From assembly GCF_964355755.1 (NCBI RefSeq), contig NC_092678.1:11034352-11098351 (forward strand): DNA of 64,000 nucleotides. The letters run 5' to 3'. Made by a program: the position numbers and the translations under genes. The notes under the pieces were generated by a model. It ran no database searches. It was not told the DNA's origin and worked only from the letters and a program-made list of their open reading frames with translations. This document shows positions 1 to 15,000 of the stretch, in pieces. This DNA comes from Antedon mediterranea. Lineage: Eukaryota > Animalia > Echinodermata. Position 1 is the first letter of the stretch. The number at the start of each line of letters is the position of its first letter.

Positions 1-3000
1 AGTTGTACCATTGAATGGAACAAAATGAATAATTATTGGCCATTGTATTGAGTTGTACAATTGAATGGAACAAAATGATTAATTACTAACCATTTTATTG
101 AGTTGTACCATTGAATGGAACAAAATGAATAATTATTGGCCATTGTATTGAGTTGTACCATTGAATGGAACAAATTGATTAATTACTGGCCATTGTATTG
201 AGTTGTACTATTGAATGGAAAAAATGATTAATTACTAACCATTGTATTGAGTTGTACTATTGAATGGAACAAAATGATTAATTACTGGCCTTTGTATTGA
301 GTTGCACCATTGAATGGAACAAAATGATTAATTACTGGCCATTGTATTGAGTTGTACCATTGAATGGAACAAAATGATTAATTACTGGCCATTGTATTGA
401 GTTGTACCATTGAATGGAACAAAATGATTAATTACTTTCCATTGTATTGAGTTGTACCATTGAATGGAACAAAATGATTAATTGCTGGCTATTGTATTGA
501 GTTGTACCATTGAATGGAACAAATTGATTACTTACTGGCCATTGTATTGAGTTGTACCATTGAATGGAACAAAATCATTAATTACTGGCCATTGTATTGA
601 GTTGTACCATTGAATGGAACAAAATGATTAATTACTGGCCATTGTATTGAGTTGTAACATTGAAGGGACAAAATGATTAATTGATTGATTAATAATGAGT
701 ATGAAATAAAATAAAAAAATAAAAATTGTATTGAGTTGTACCATAGAATGGAACAAAATGATTAGTTACTGGCCATTGTATTGAGTTGTACCATTGAATG
801 GAACAAAATGATTAAATACTGGCCATTGTATTGAGTTGTACCATTGAATGGAACAAAATGATTAATTACTAACCATTGTATTGAGTTGTACCATTGAATG
901 GAATAAAATGATTAATTAATGGCCATTGCATTGAGTTGTACCATTGAATGGAACAAAATGATTAATTACTGGCCATTGTATTGAGTTGTACCATTGAATG
1001 GAACAAAATGATTAATTACTGGCCATTGTATTGAGTTGTACCATTGAATGGAACAAAATGAATAATTACTGGCCATTGCATTGAGTTGTACCATTGAATG
1101 GAACAAAATGATTAATTACTGGCCATTGTATTGAGTTGTACCATTGAATGGAACAAACTGATTAATTACTGGCCATTGTATTGAGTTGTACCATTGAATG
1201 GAACAAAATGATTAATTACTGGCCATTGTATTGAATTGTACCATTGAATGGAACAAAATGATTATTTACTGGCCATTGTATTGAGTTGTATCATTGAATG
1301 GAACAAAATCATTAATTACTGGCCATTGTATTGAGTTGTACCATTGAATGGAACAAAATGATTAATTACTAACCATTTTATTGAGTTGTACCATTGAATG
1401 GAACAAAATGATTAATTACTGGCCATTGTATTGAGTTGTACCATTGAATGGAACAAAATGATTAATTATTGGCCATTGCATTGAGTTGTACTATTGAATG
1501 GAACAAAATGATTAATTACTGGCCATTGTATTGAGTTGTACCATTGAATGGAACAAAATGATTAATTACTGGCCATTGCATTGAGTTGTACAATTGAAAG
1601 GAACAAAATGATTAATTACTGGCCATTGTATTGAGTTGTACCATTGAATGGAACAAAATGATTAATTACTGGCCATTGTATTGAGTTGTACCATTGAATG
1701 GAACAAAATGATTAATTACTGGCCATTGTATTGAGTTGTACCATTGAATTGAACAAAATGATTAATTACTGGCCATTGTATTGAGTTGTACCATTGAATG
1801 GAACAAAATGATTAATTGCTGGCCATTATATTGAGTTGTACCATTGAATGGAACAAAATGATTGATTACAGGCCATTGTATTGAGTAGTACCATTGAATG
1901 GAACAAAATGATTAATTACTGGCCATTGTATTGAATTGTACCATTGAATGGAACAAAATGATTATTTACTGGCCATTGTATTGAGTTGTATCATTGAATG
2001 GAACAAAATCATTAATTACTGGCCATTGTATTGAGTTGTACCATTGAATGGAACAAAATGATTAATTGATTGATTAATAATGAGTATGAAATAAAATAAA
2101 AAAATAAAAATTGTATTGAGTTGTACCATTGAATGGAACAAAATGATTAGTTACTGGCCATTGTATTGAGTTGTACCATTAAATGGAACAAAATGATTAA
2201 TTGCTGGCCATTGTATTGAGTTGTACCATTGAATGGAACAAAATGATTAATTACTGGCCATTGTATTGAGTTGTACCATTGAATGGAACAAAATGATTAT
2301 TTACTAACCATTGTATTGAGTTGTACCATTGAATGGAACAAAATGATTTATTACTTGCCTTTGTATTGAGTTGTACCATTGAATGGAACAAAATGATTAA
2401 TTGCTTTTTCCTTTTTTTTAATTTATTTGGCATCTGGCCATTGTATTGAGTTGTACCATTGAATGGAACAAAATGATTAATTACTGGCCATTGTATTGAG
2501 TTGTACCATTGAATGGAACAAAATGATTAATTACTGGCCATTGCATTGAGTTGTACCATTGAATGGAACAAAATGATTAATTACTGGCCATTGCATTGAG
2601 TTGTACCATTGAATGGAACAAAATGATTAGTTACTGGCCATTGTATTGAGTTGTACCATTGAATGGAACAAAATGATTAATTACTGGCCATTGTATTGAG
2701 TTGTACCATTGAATGGAACAAAATGATTAATTACTGGCCATTGCATTGAGCTGTTCAATTGAATGGAACAAAATGATTAATTACTGGCCATTGCATTGAG
2801 TTGTACCATTGAATGGAACAAAATGATTAATTACTGGCCATTGTATTGAGTTGTACCATTGAATGGAACAAAATGATTAATTACTGGCCATTGCATTGAG
2901 TTGTACCATAGAATGGAACAAAATGATTAATTACTGGCCATTGTATTGAGTTGTACCATTGAATGGAACAAAATGATTAATTATTGGCCATTGTATTGAG

Positions 3001-6000
3001 TTGTACTATTGAATGGAACAAAATGATTAATTACTGGCCATTGTATTGAGTTGTACCATTGAATGGAACAAAATGATTAATTACTGGCCATTGTATTGAG
3101 TTGTACCATTGAATGGAACAAAATGATTAGTTACTGGCCATTGTATTGAGTTGTACCATTGAATGGAACAAAATGATTAATTTCTGGCCATTGTATTGAG
3201 TTGTACCATTGAATGGAACAAAATGATTAATTACAGGCCATTGTATTGAGTAGTACCATTGAATGGAACAAAATGATTAATTACTGGCCATTGTATTGAA
3301 TTGTACCATTGAATGGAACAAAATGATTATTTACTGGCCATTGTATTGAGTTGTATCATTGAATGGAACAAAATCATTAATTACTGGCCATTGTATTGAG
3401 TTGTACCATTGAATGGAACAAAATGATTAATTGATTGATTAATAATGAGTATGAAATAAAATAAAAAAATAAAAATTGTATTGAGTTGTACCATTGAATG
3501 GAACAAAATGATTAGTTACTGGCCATTGTATTGAGTTGTACCATTAAATGGAACAAAATGATTAATTGCTGGCCATTGTATTGAGTTGTACCATTGAATG
3601 GAACAAAATGATTAATTACTGGCCATTGTATTGAGTTGTACCATTGAATGGAACAAAATGATTATTTACTAAACATTGTATTGAGTTGTACCATTGAATG
3701 GAACAAAATGATTTATTACTTGCCTTTGTATTGAGTTGTACCATTGAATGGAACAAAATGATTAATTGCTTTTTCCTTTTTTTTAATTTATTTGGAATCT
3801 GGCCATTGTATTGAGTTGTACCATTGAATGGAACAAAATGATTAATTACTGGCCATTGTATTGAGTTGTACCATTGAATGGAACAAAATGATTAATTACT
3901 GGCCATTGTATTGAGTTGTACCATTGAATGGAACAAAATAATTAATTACTGGCCATTGTATTGAGTTGTACCATTGAATGGAACAAAATGATTGATTACT
4001 GGCCATTGTATTGAGTTGTACCATTGAACGGAACAAAATAATTAATTACTGGCCATTGTATTGAGTTGTACCATTGAAAGGAACAAAATGATTAATTACT
4101 GGCCATTGTATTTAGTTGTACCATTGAATGGAACAAAATGATTAATTACTGGCCATTTTATTGAGTTGTACCATTGAATTGAACAAAATGATTAATTACT
4201 GGCCATTGTATTGAGTTGTACCATTGAATTGAACAAAATGATTAATTACTGGCCATTGTATTGAGTTGTACCATTGAATGGAACGAAATGATTAATTATT
4301 AGCCATTGTATTGAGTTGTACCATTGAATGGAACAAAATGATTGATTACTGGCCATTGTATTGAGTTGTACCATTGAATGGAACAAAATGATTAATTACT
4401 AACCATTTTATTGAGTTGTACCATTGAATGGAACAAAATGAATAATTATTGGCCATTGTATTGAGTTGTACAATTGAATGGAACAAAATGATTAATTACT
4501 AACCATTTTATTGAGTTGTACCATTGAATGGAACAAAATGAATAATTATTGGCCATTGTATTGAGTTGTACCATTGAATGGAACAAATTGATTAATTACT
4601 GGCCATTGTATTGAGTTGTACTATTGAATGGAACAAAATGATTAATTACTAACCATTGTATTGAGTTGTACTATTGAATGGAACAAAATGATTAATTACT
4701 GGCCTTTGTATTGAGTTGCACCATTGAATGGAACAAAATGATTAATTACTGGCCATTGTATTGAGTTGTACCATTGAATGGAACAAAATGATTAATTACT
4801 GGCCATTGTATTGAGTTGTACCATTGAATGGAACAAAATGATTAATTACTTTCCATTGTATTGAGTTGTACCATTGAATGGAACAAAATGATTAATTGCT
4901 GGCTATTGTATTGAGTTGTACCATTGAATGGAACAAATTGATTACTTACTGGCCATTGTATTGAGTTGTACCATTGAATGGAACAAAATCATTAATTACT
5001 GGCCATTGTATTGAGTTGTACCATTGAATGGAACAAAATGATTAATTACTGGCCATTGTATTGAGTTGTAACATTGAAGGGACAAAATGATTAATTGATT
5101 GATTAATAATGAGTATGAAATAAAATAAAAAAATAAAAATTGTATTGAGTTGTACCATAGAATGGAACAAAATGATTAGTTACTGGCCATTGTATTGAGT
5201 TGTACCATTGAATGGAACAAAATGATTAAATACTGGCCATTGTATTGAGTTGTACCATTGAATGGAACAAAATGATTAATTACTAACCATTGTATTGAGT
5301 TGTACCATTGAATGGAATAAAATGATTAATTAATGGCCATTGCATTGAGTTGTACCATTGAATGGAACAAAATGATTAATTACTGGCCATTGTATTGAGT
5401 TGTACCATTGAATGGAACAAAATGATTAATTACTGGCAATTGTATTGAGTTGTACCATTGAATGGAACAAAATGAATAATTACTGGCCATTGCATTGAGT
5501 TGTACCATTGAATGGAACAAAATGATTAATTACTGGCCATTGTATTGAGTTGTACCATTGAATGGAACAAACTGATTAATTACTGGCCATTGTATTGAGT
5601 TGTACCATTGAATGGAACAAAATGATTAATTACTGGCCATTGTATTGAATTGTACCATTGAATGGAACAAAATGATTATTTACTGGCCATTGTATTGAGT
5701 TGTATCATTGAATGGAACAAAATCATTAATTACTGGCCATTGTATTGAGTTGTACCATTGAATGGAACAAAATGATTAATTACTAACCATTTTATTGAGT
5801 TGTACCATTGAATGGAACAAAATGATTAATTACTGGCCATTGTATTGAGTTGTACCATTGAATGGAACAAAATGATTTATTATTGGCCATTGCATTGAGT
5901 TGTACTATTGAATGGAACAAAATGATTAATTACTGGCCATTGTATTGAGTTGTACCATTGAATGGAACAAAATGATTAATTACTGGCCATTGCATTGAGT

Positions 6001-9000
6001 TGTACAATTGAAAGGAACAAAATGATTAATTACTGGCCATTGTATTGAGTTGTACCAATGAATGGAACAAAATGATTAATTACTGGCCATTGTATTGAGT
6101 TGTACCATTGAATGGAACAAAATGATTAATTACTGGCCATTGTATTGAGTTGTACCATTGAATTGAACAAAATGATTAATTACTGGCCATTGTATTGAGT
6201 TGTACCATTGAATGGAACAAAATGATTAATTGCTGGCCATTATATTGAGTTGTACCATTGAATGGAACAAAATGATTGATTACAGGCCATTGTATTGAGT
6301 AGTACCATTGAATGGAACAAAATGATTAATTACTGGCCATTGTATTGAATTTTACCATTGAATGGAACAAAATGATTATTTACTGGCCATTGTATTGAGT
6401 TGTATCATTGAATGGAACAAAATCATTAATTACTGGCCATTGTATTGAGTTGTACCATTGAATGGAACAAAATGATTAATTGATTGATTAATAATGAGTA
6501 TGAAATAAAATAAAAAAATAAAAATTGTATTGAGTTGTACCATTGAATGGAACAAAATGATTAGTTACTGGCCATTGTATTGAGTTGTACCATTAAATGG
6601 AACAAAATGATTAATTGCTGGCCATTGTATTGAGTTGTACCATTGAATGGAACAAAATGATTAATTACTGGCCATTGTATTGAGTTGTACCATTGAATGG
6701 AACAAAATGATTATTTACTAACCATTGTATTGAGTTGTACCATTGAATGGAACAAAATGATTTATTACTTGCCTTTGTATTGAGTTGTACCATTGAATGG
6801 AACAAAATGATTAATTGCTTTTTCCTTTTTTTTAATTTATTTGGCATCTGGCCATTGTATTGAGTTGTACCATTGAATGGAACAAAATGATTAATTACTG
6901 GCCATTGTATTGAGTTGTACCATTGAATGGAACAAAATGATTAATTACTGGCCATTGCATTGAGTTGTACCATTGAATGGAACAAAATGATTAATTACTG
7001 GCCATTGCATTGAGTTGTACCATTGAATGGAACAAAATGATTAGTTACTGGCCATTGTATTGAGTTGTACCATTGAATGGAACAAAATGATTAATTACTG
7101 GCCATTGTATTGAGTTGTACCATTGAATGGAACAAAATGATTAATTACTGGCCATTGCATTGAGCTGTTCAATTGAATGGAACAAAATGATTAATTACTG
7201 GCCATTGCATTGAGTTGTACCATTGAATGGAACAAAATGATTAATTACTGGCCATTGTATTGAGTTGTACCATTGAATGGAACAAAATGATTAATTACTG
7301 GCCATTGCATTGAGTTGTACCATAGAATGGAACAAAATGATTAATTACTGGCCATTGTATTGAGTTGTACCATTGAATGGAACAAAATGATTAATTATTG
7401 GCCATTGTATTGAGTTGTACTATTGAATGGAACAAAATGATTAATTTCTGGCCATTGTATTGAGTTGTACCATTGAATGGAACAAAATGATTAATTACTG
7501 GCCATTGTATTGAGTTGTACCATTGAATGGAACAAAATGATTAGTTACTGGCCATTGTATTGAGTTGTACCATTGAATTGAACAAAATGATTAATTACTG
7601 GCCATTGTATTGAGTTGTACCATTGAATGGAACGAAATGATTAATTATTAGCCATTGTATTGAGTTGTACCATTGAATGGAACAAAATGATTGATTACTG
7701 GCCATTGTATTGAGTTGTACCATTGAATGGAACAAAATGATTAATTACTAACCATTTTATTGAGTTGTACCATTGAATGGAACAAAATGAATAATTATTG
7801 GCCATTGTATTGAGTTGTACAATTGAATGGAACAAAATGATTAATTACTAACCATTTTATTGAGTTGTACCATTGAATGGAACAAAATGAATAATTATTG
7901 GCCATTGTATTGAGTTGTACCATTGAATGGAACAAATTGATTAATTACTGGCCATTGTATTGAGTTGTACTATTGAATGGAACAAAATGATTAATTACTA
8001 ACCATTGTATTGAGTTGTACTATTGAATGGAACAAAATGATTAATTACTGGCCTTTGTATTGAGTTGTACCATTGAATGGAACAAAATGATTAATTACTG
8101 GCCATTGTATTGAGTTGTACCATTGAATGGAACAAAATGATTAATTACTGGCCATTGTATTGAGTTGTACCATTGAATGGAACAAAATGATTAATTACTT
8201 TCCATTGTATTGAGTTGTACCATTGAATGGAACAAAATGATTAATTGCTGGCTATTGTATTGAGTTGTACCATTGAATGGAACAAATTGATTACTTACTG
8301 GCCATTGTATTGAGTTGTACCATTGAATGGAACAAAATCATTAATTACTGGCCATTGTATTGAGTTGTACCATTGAATGGAACAAAATGATTAATTACTG
8401 GCCATTGTATTGAGTTGTAACATTGAAGGGACAAAATGATTAATTGATTGATTAATAATGAGTATGAAATAAAATAAAAAAATAAAAATTGTATTGAGTT
8501 GTACCATAGAATGGAACAAAATGATTAGTTACTGGCCATTGTATTGAGTTGTACCATTGAATGGAACAAAATGATTAAATACTGGCCATTGTATTGAGTT
8601 GTACCATTGAATGGAACAAAATGATTAATTACTAACCATTGTATTGAGTTGTACCATTGAATGGAATAAAATGATTAATTAATGGCCATTGCATTGAGTT
8701 GTACCATTGAATGGAACAAAATGATTAATTACTGGCCATTGTATTGAGTTGTACCATTGAATGGAACAAAATGATTAATTACTGGCCATTGTATTGAGTT
8801 GTACCATTGAATGGAACAAAATGAATAATTACTGGCCATTGCATTGAGTTGTACCATTGAATGGAACAAAATGATTAATTATTGGCCATTGCATTGAGTT
8901 GTACTATTGAATGGAACAAAATGATTAATTACTGGCCATTGTATTGAGTTGTACCATTGAATGGAACAAAATGATTAATTACTGGCCATTGCATTGAGTT

Positions 9001-12000
9001 GTACAATTGAAAGGAACAAAATGATTAATTACTGGCCATTGTATTGAGTTGTACCATTGAATGGAACAAAATGATTAATTAATGGCCATTGTATTGAGTT
9101 GTACCATTGAATGGAACAAAATGATTAATTACTGGCCATTGTATTGAGTTGTACCATTGAATTGAACAAAATGATTAATTACTGGCCATTGTATTGAGTT
9201 GTACCATTGAATGGAACAAAATGATTAATTGCTGGCCATTATATTGAGTTGTACCATTGAATGGAACAAAATGATTGATTACAGGCCATTGTATTGAGTA
9301 GTACCATTGAATGGAACAAAATGATTAATTACTGGCCATTGTATTGAATTGTACCATTGAATGGAACAAAATGATTATTTACTGGCCATTGTATTGAGTT
9401 GTATCATTGAATGGAACAAAATGATTAATTACTGGCCATTGTATTGAGTTGTACCATTGAATGGAACAAAATGATTAATTGATTGATTAATAATGAGTAT
9501 GAAATAAAATAAAAAAATAAAAATTGTATTGAGTTGTACCATTGAATGGAACAAAATGATTAGTTACTGGCCATTGTATTGAGTTGTACCATTAAATGGA
9601 ACAAAATGATTAATTGCTGGCCATTGTATTGAGTTGTACCATTGAATGGAACAAAATGATTAATTACTGGCCATTGTATTGAGTTGTACCATTGAATGGA
9701 ACAAAATGATTATTTACTAACCATTGTATTGAGTTGTACCATTGAATGGAACAAAATGATTTATTACTTGCCTTTGTATTGAGTTGTACCATTGAATGGA
9801 ACAAAATGATTAATTGCTTTTTCCTTTTTTTTAATTTATTTGGCATCTGGCCATTGTATTGAGTTGTACCATTGAATGGAACAAAATGATTAATTACTGG
9901 CCATTGTATTGAGTTGTACCATTGAATGGAACAAAATAATTAATTACTGGCCATTGTATTGAGTTGTACCATTGAATGGAACAAAATGATTGATTACTGG
10001 CCATTGTATTGAGTTGTACCATTGAATGGAACAAAATGATTTATTACTTGCCTTTGTATTGAGTTGTACCATTGAATGGAACAAAATGATTAATTGCTTT
10101 TTCCTTTTTTTTAATTTATTTGGCATCTGGCCATTGTATTGAGTTGTACCATTGAATGGAACAAAATGATTAATTACTGGCCATTGTATTGAGTTGTACC
10201 ATTGAATGGAACAAAATAATTAATTACTGGCCATTGTATTGAGTTGTACCATTGAATGGAACAAAATGATTGATTACTGGCCATTGTATTGAGTTGTACC
10301 ATTGAACGGAACAAAATAATTAATTACTGGCCATTGTATTGAGTTGTACCATTGAAAGGAACAAAATGATTAATTACTGGCCATTGTATTTAGTTGTACC
10401 ATTGAATGGAACAAAATGATTAATTACTGGCCATTTTATTGAGTTGTACCATTGAATTGAACAAAATGATTAATTACTGGCCATTGTATTGAGTTGTACC
10501 ATTGAATTGAACAAAATGATTAATTACTGGCCATTGTATTGAGTTGTACCATTGAATGGAACGAAATGATTAATTATTAGCCATTGTATTGAGTTGTACC
10601 ATTGAATGGAACAAAATGATTGATTACTGGCCATTGTATTGAGTTGTACCATTGAATGGAACAAAATGATTAATTACTAACCATTTTATTGAGTTGTACC
10701 ATTGAATGGAACAAAATGAATAATTATTGGCCATTGTATTGAGTTGTACAATTGAATGGAACAAAATGATTAATTACTAACCATTTTATTGAGTTGTACC
10801 ATTGAATGGAACAAAATGAATAATTATTGGCCATTGTATTGAGTTGTACCATTGAATGGAACAAATTGATTAATTACTGGCCATTGTATTGAGTTGTACT
10901 ATTGAATGGAACAAAATGATTAATTACTAACCATTGTATTGAGTTGTACTATTGAATGGAACAAAATGATTAATTACTGGCCTTTGTATTGAGTTGCACC
11001 ATTGAATGGAACAAAATGATTAATTACTGGCCATTGTATTGAGTTGTACCATTGAATGGAACAAAATGATTAATTACTGGCCATTGTATTGAGTTGTACC
11101 ATTGAATGGAACAAAATGATTAATTACTTTCCATTGTATTGAGTTGTACCATTGAATGGAACAAAATGATTAATTGCTGGCTATTGTATTGAGTTGTACC
11201 ATTGAATGGAACAAATTGATTACTTACTGGCCATTGTATTGAGTTGTACCATTGAATGGAACAAAATCATTAATTACTGGCCATTGTATTGAGTTGTACC
11301 ATTGAATGGAACAAAATGATTAATTACTGGCCATTGTATTGAGTTGTAACATTGAAGGGACAAAATGATTAATTGATTGATTAATAATGAGTATGAAATA
11401 AAATAAAAAAATAAAAATTGTATTGAGTTGTACCATAGAATGGAACAAAATGATTAGTTACTGGCCATTGTATTGAGTTGTACCATTGAATGGAACAAAA
11501 TGATTAAATACTGGCCATTGTATTGAGTTGTACCATTGAATGGAACAAAATGATTAATTACTAACCATTGTATTGAGTTGTACCATTGAATGGAATAAAA
11601 TGATTAATTAATGGCCATTGCATTGAGTTGTACCATTGAATGGAACAAAATGATTAATTACTGGCCATTGTATTGAGTTGTACCATTGAATGGAACAAAA
11701 TGATTAATTACTGGCCATTGTATTGAGTTGTACCATTGAATGGAACAAAATGAATAATTACTGGCCATTGCATTGAGTTGTACCATTGAATGGAACAAAA
11801 TGATTAATTACTGGCCATTGTATTGAGTTGTACCATTGAATGGAACAAACTGATTAATTACTGGCCATTGTATTGAGTTGTACCATTGAATGGAACAAAA
11901 TGATTAATTACTGGCCATTGTATTGAATTGTACCATTGAATGGAACAAAATGATTATTTACTGGCCATTGTATTGAGTTGTATCATTGAATGGAACAAAA

Positions 12001-15000
12001 TCATTAATTACTGGCCATTGTATTGAGTTGTACCATTGAATGGAACAAAATGATTAATTACTAACCATTTTATTGAGTTGTACCATTGAATGGAACAAAA
12101 TGATTAATTACTGGCCATTGTATTGAGTTGTACCATTGAATGGAACAAAATGATTTATTATTGGCCATTGCATTGAGTTGTACTATTGAATGGAACAAAA
12201 TGATTAATTACTGGCCATTGTATTGAGTTGTACCATTGAATGGAACAAAATGATTAATTACTGGCCATTGCATTGAGTTGTACAATTGAAAGGAACAAAA
12301 TGATTAATTACTGGCCATTGTATTGAGTTGTACCAATGAATGGAACAAAATGATTAATTACTGGCCATTGTATTGAGTTGTACCATTGAATGGAACAAAA
12401 TGATTAATTACTGGCCATTGTATTGAGTTGTACCATTGAATTGAACAAAATGATTAATTACTGGCCATTGTATTGAGTTGTACCATTGAATGGAACAAAA
12501 TGATTAATTGCTGGCCATTATATTGAGTTGTACCATTGAATGGAACAAAATGATTGATTACAGGCCATTGTATTGAGTAGTACCATTGAATGGAACAAAA
12601 TGATTAATTACTGGCCATTGTATTGAATTTTACCATTGAATGGAACAAAATGATTATTTACTGGCCATTGTATTGAGTTGTATCATTGAATGGAACAAAA
12701 TCATTAATTACTGGCCATTGTATTGAGTTGTACCATTGAATGGAACAAAATGATTAATTGATTGATTAATAATGAGTATGAAATAAAATAAAAAAATAAA
12801 AATTGTATTGAGTTGTACCATTGAATGGAACAAAATGATTAGTTACTGGCCATTGTATTGAGTTGTACCATTAAATGGAACAAAATGATTAATTGCTGGC
12901 CATTGTATTGAGTTGTACCATTGAATGGAACAAAATGATTAATTACTGGCCATTGTATTGAGTTGTACCATTGAATGGAACAAAATGATTATTTACTAAC
13001 CATTGTATTGAGTTGTACCATTGAATGGAACAAAATGATTTATTACTTGCCTTTGTATTGAGTTGTACCATTGAATGGAACAAAATGATTAATTGCTTTT
13101 TCCTTTTTTTTAATTTATTTGGCATCTGGCCATTGTATTGAGTTGTACCATTGAATGGAACAAAATGATTAATTACTGGCCATTGTATTGAGTTGTACCA
13201 TTGAATGGAACAAAATGATTAATTACTGGCCATTGCATTGAGTTGTACCATTGAATGGAACAAAATGATTAATTACTGGCCATTGCATTGAGTTGTACCA
13301 TTGAATGGAACAAAATGATTAGTTACTGGCCATTGTATTGAGTTGTACCATTGAATGGAACAAAATGATTAATTACTGGCCATTGTATTGAGTTGTACCA
13401 TTGAATGGAACAAAATGATTAATTACTGGCCATTGCATTGAGCTGTTCAATTGAATGGAACAAAATGATTAATTACTGGCCATTGCATTGAGTTGTACCA
13501 TTGAATGGAACAAAATGATTAATTACTGGCCATTGTATTGAGTTGTACCATTGAATGGAACAAAATGATTAATTACTGGCCATTGCATTGAGTTGTACCA
13601 TAGAATGGAACAAAATGATTAATTACTGGCCATTGTATTGAGTTGTACCATTGAATGGAACAAAATGATTAATTATTGGCCATTGTATTGAGTTGTACTA
13701 TTGAATGGAACAAAATGATTAATTACTGGCCATTGTATTGAGTTGTACCATTGAATGGAACAAAATGATTAATTACTGGCCATTGTATTGAGTTGTACCA
13801 TTGAATGGAACAAAATGATTAGTTACTGGCCATTGTATTGAGTTGTACCATTGAATTGAACAAAATGATTAATTACTGGCCATTGTATTGAGTTGTACCA
13901 TTGAATGGAACGAAATGATTAATTATTAGCCATTGTATTGAGTTGTACCATTGAATGGAACAAAATGATTGATTACTGGCCATTGTATTGAGTTGTACCA
14001 TTGAATGGAACAAAATGATTAATTACTAACCATTTTATTGAGTTGTACCATTGAATGGAACAAAATGAATAATTATTGGCCATTGTATTGAGTTGTACAA
14101 TTGAATGGAACAAAATGATTAATTACTAACCATTTTATTGAGTTGTACCATTGAATGGAACAAAATGAATAATTATTGGCCATTGTATTGAGTTGTACCA
14201 TTGAATGGAACAAATTGATTAATTACTGGCCATTGTATTGAGTTGTACTATTGAATGGAACAAAATGATTAATTACTAACCATTGTATTGAGTTGTACTA
14301 TTGAATGGAACAAAATGATTAATTACTGGCCTTTGTATTGAGTTGTACCATTGAATGGAACAAAATGATTAATTACTGGCCATTGTATTGAGTTGTACCA
14401 TTGAATGGAACAAAATGATTAATTACTGGCCATTGTATTGAGTTGTACCATTGAATGGAACAAAATGATTAATTACTTTCCATTGTATTGAGTTGTACCA
14501 TTGAATGGAACAAAATGATTAATTGCTGGCTATTGTATTGAGTTGTACCATTGAATGGAACAAATTGATTACTTACTGGCCATTGTATTGAGTTGTACCA
14601 TTGAATGGAACAAAATCATTAATTACTGGCCATTGTATTGAGTTGTACCATTGAATGGAACAAAATGATTAATTACTGGCCATTGTATTGAGTTGTAACA
14701 TTGAAGGGACAAAATGATTAATTGATTGATTAATAATGAGTATGAAATAAAATAAAAAAATAAAAATTGTATTGAGTTGTACCATAGAATGGAACAAAAT
14801 GATTAGTTACTGGCCATTGTATTGAGTTGTACCATTGAATGGAACAAAATGATTAAATACTGGCCATTGTATTGAGTTGTACCATTGAATGGAACAAAAT
14901 GATTAATTACTAACCATTGTATTGAGTTGTACCATTGAATGGAATAAAATGATTAATTAATGGCCATTGCATTGAGTTGTACCATTGAATGGAACAAAAT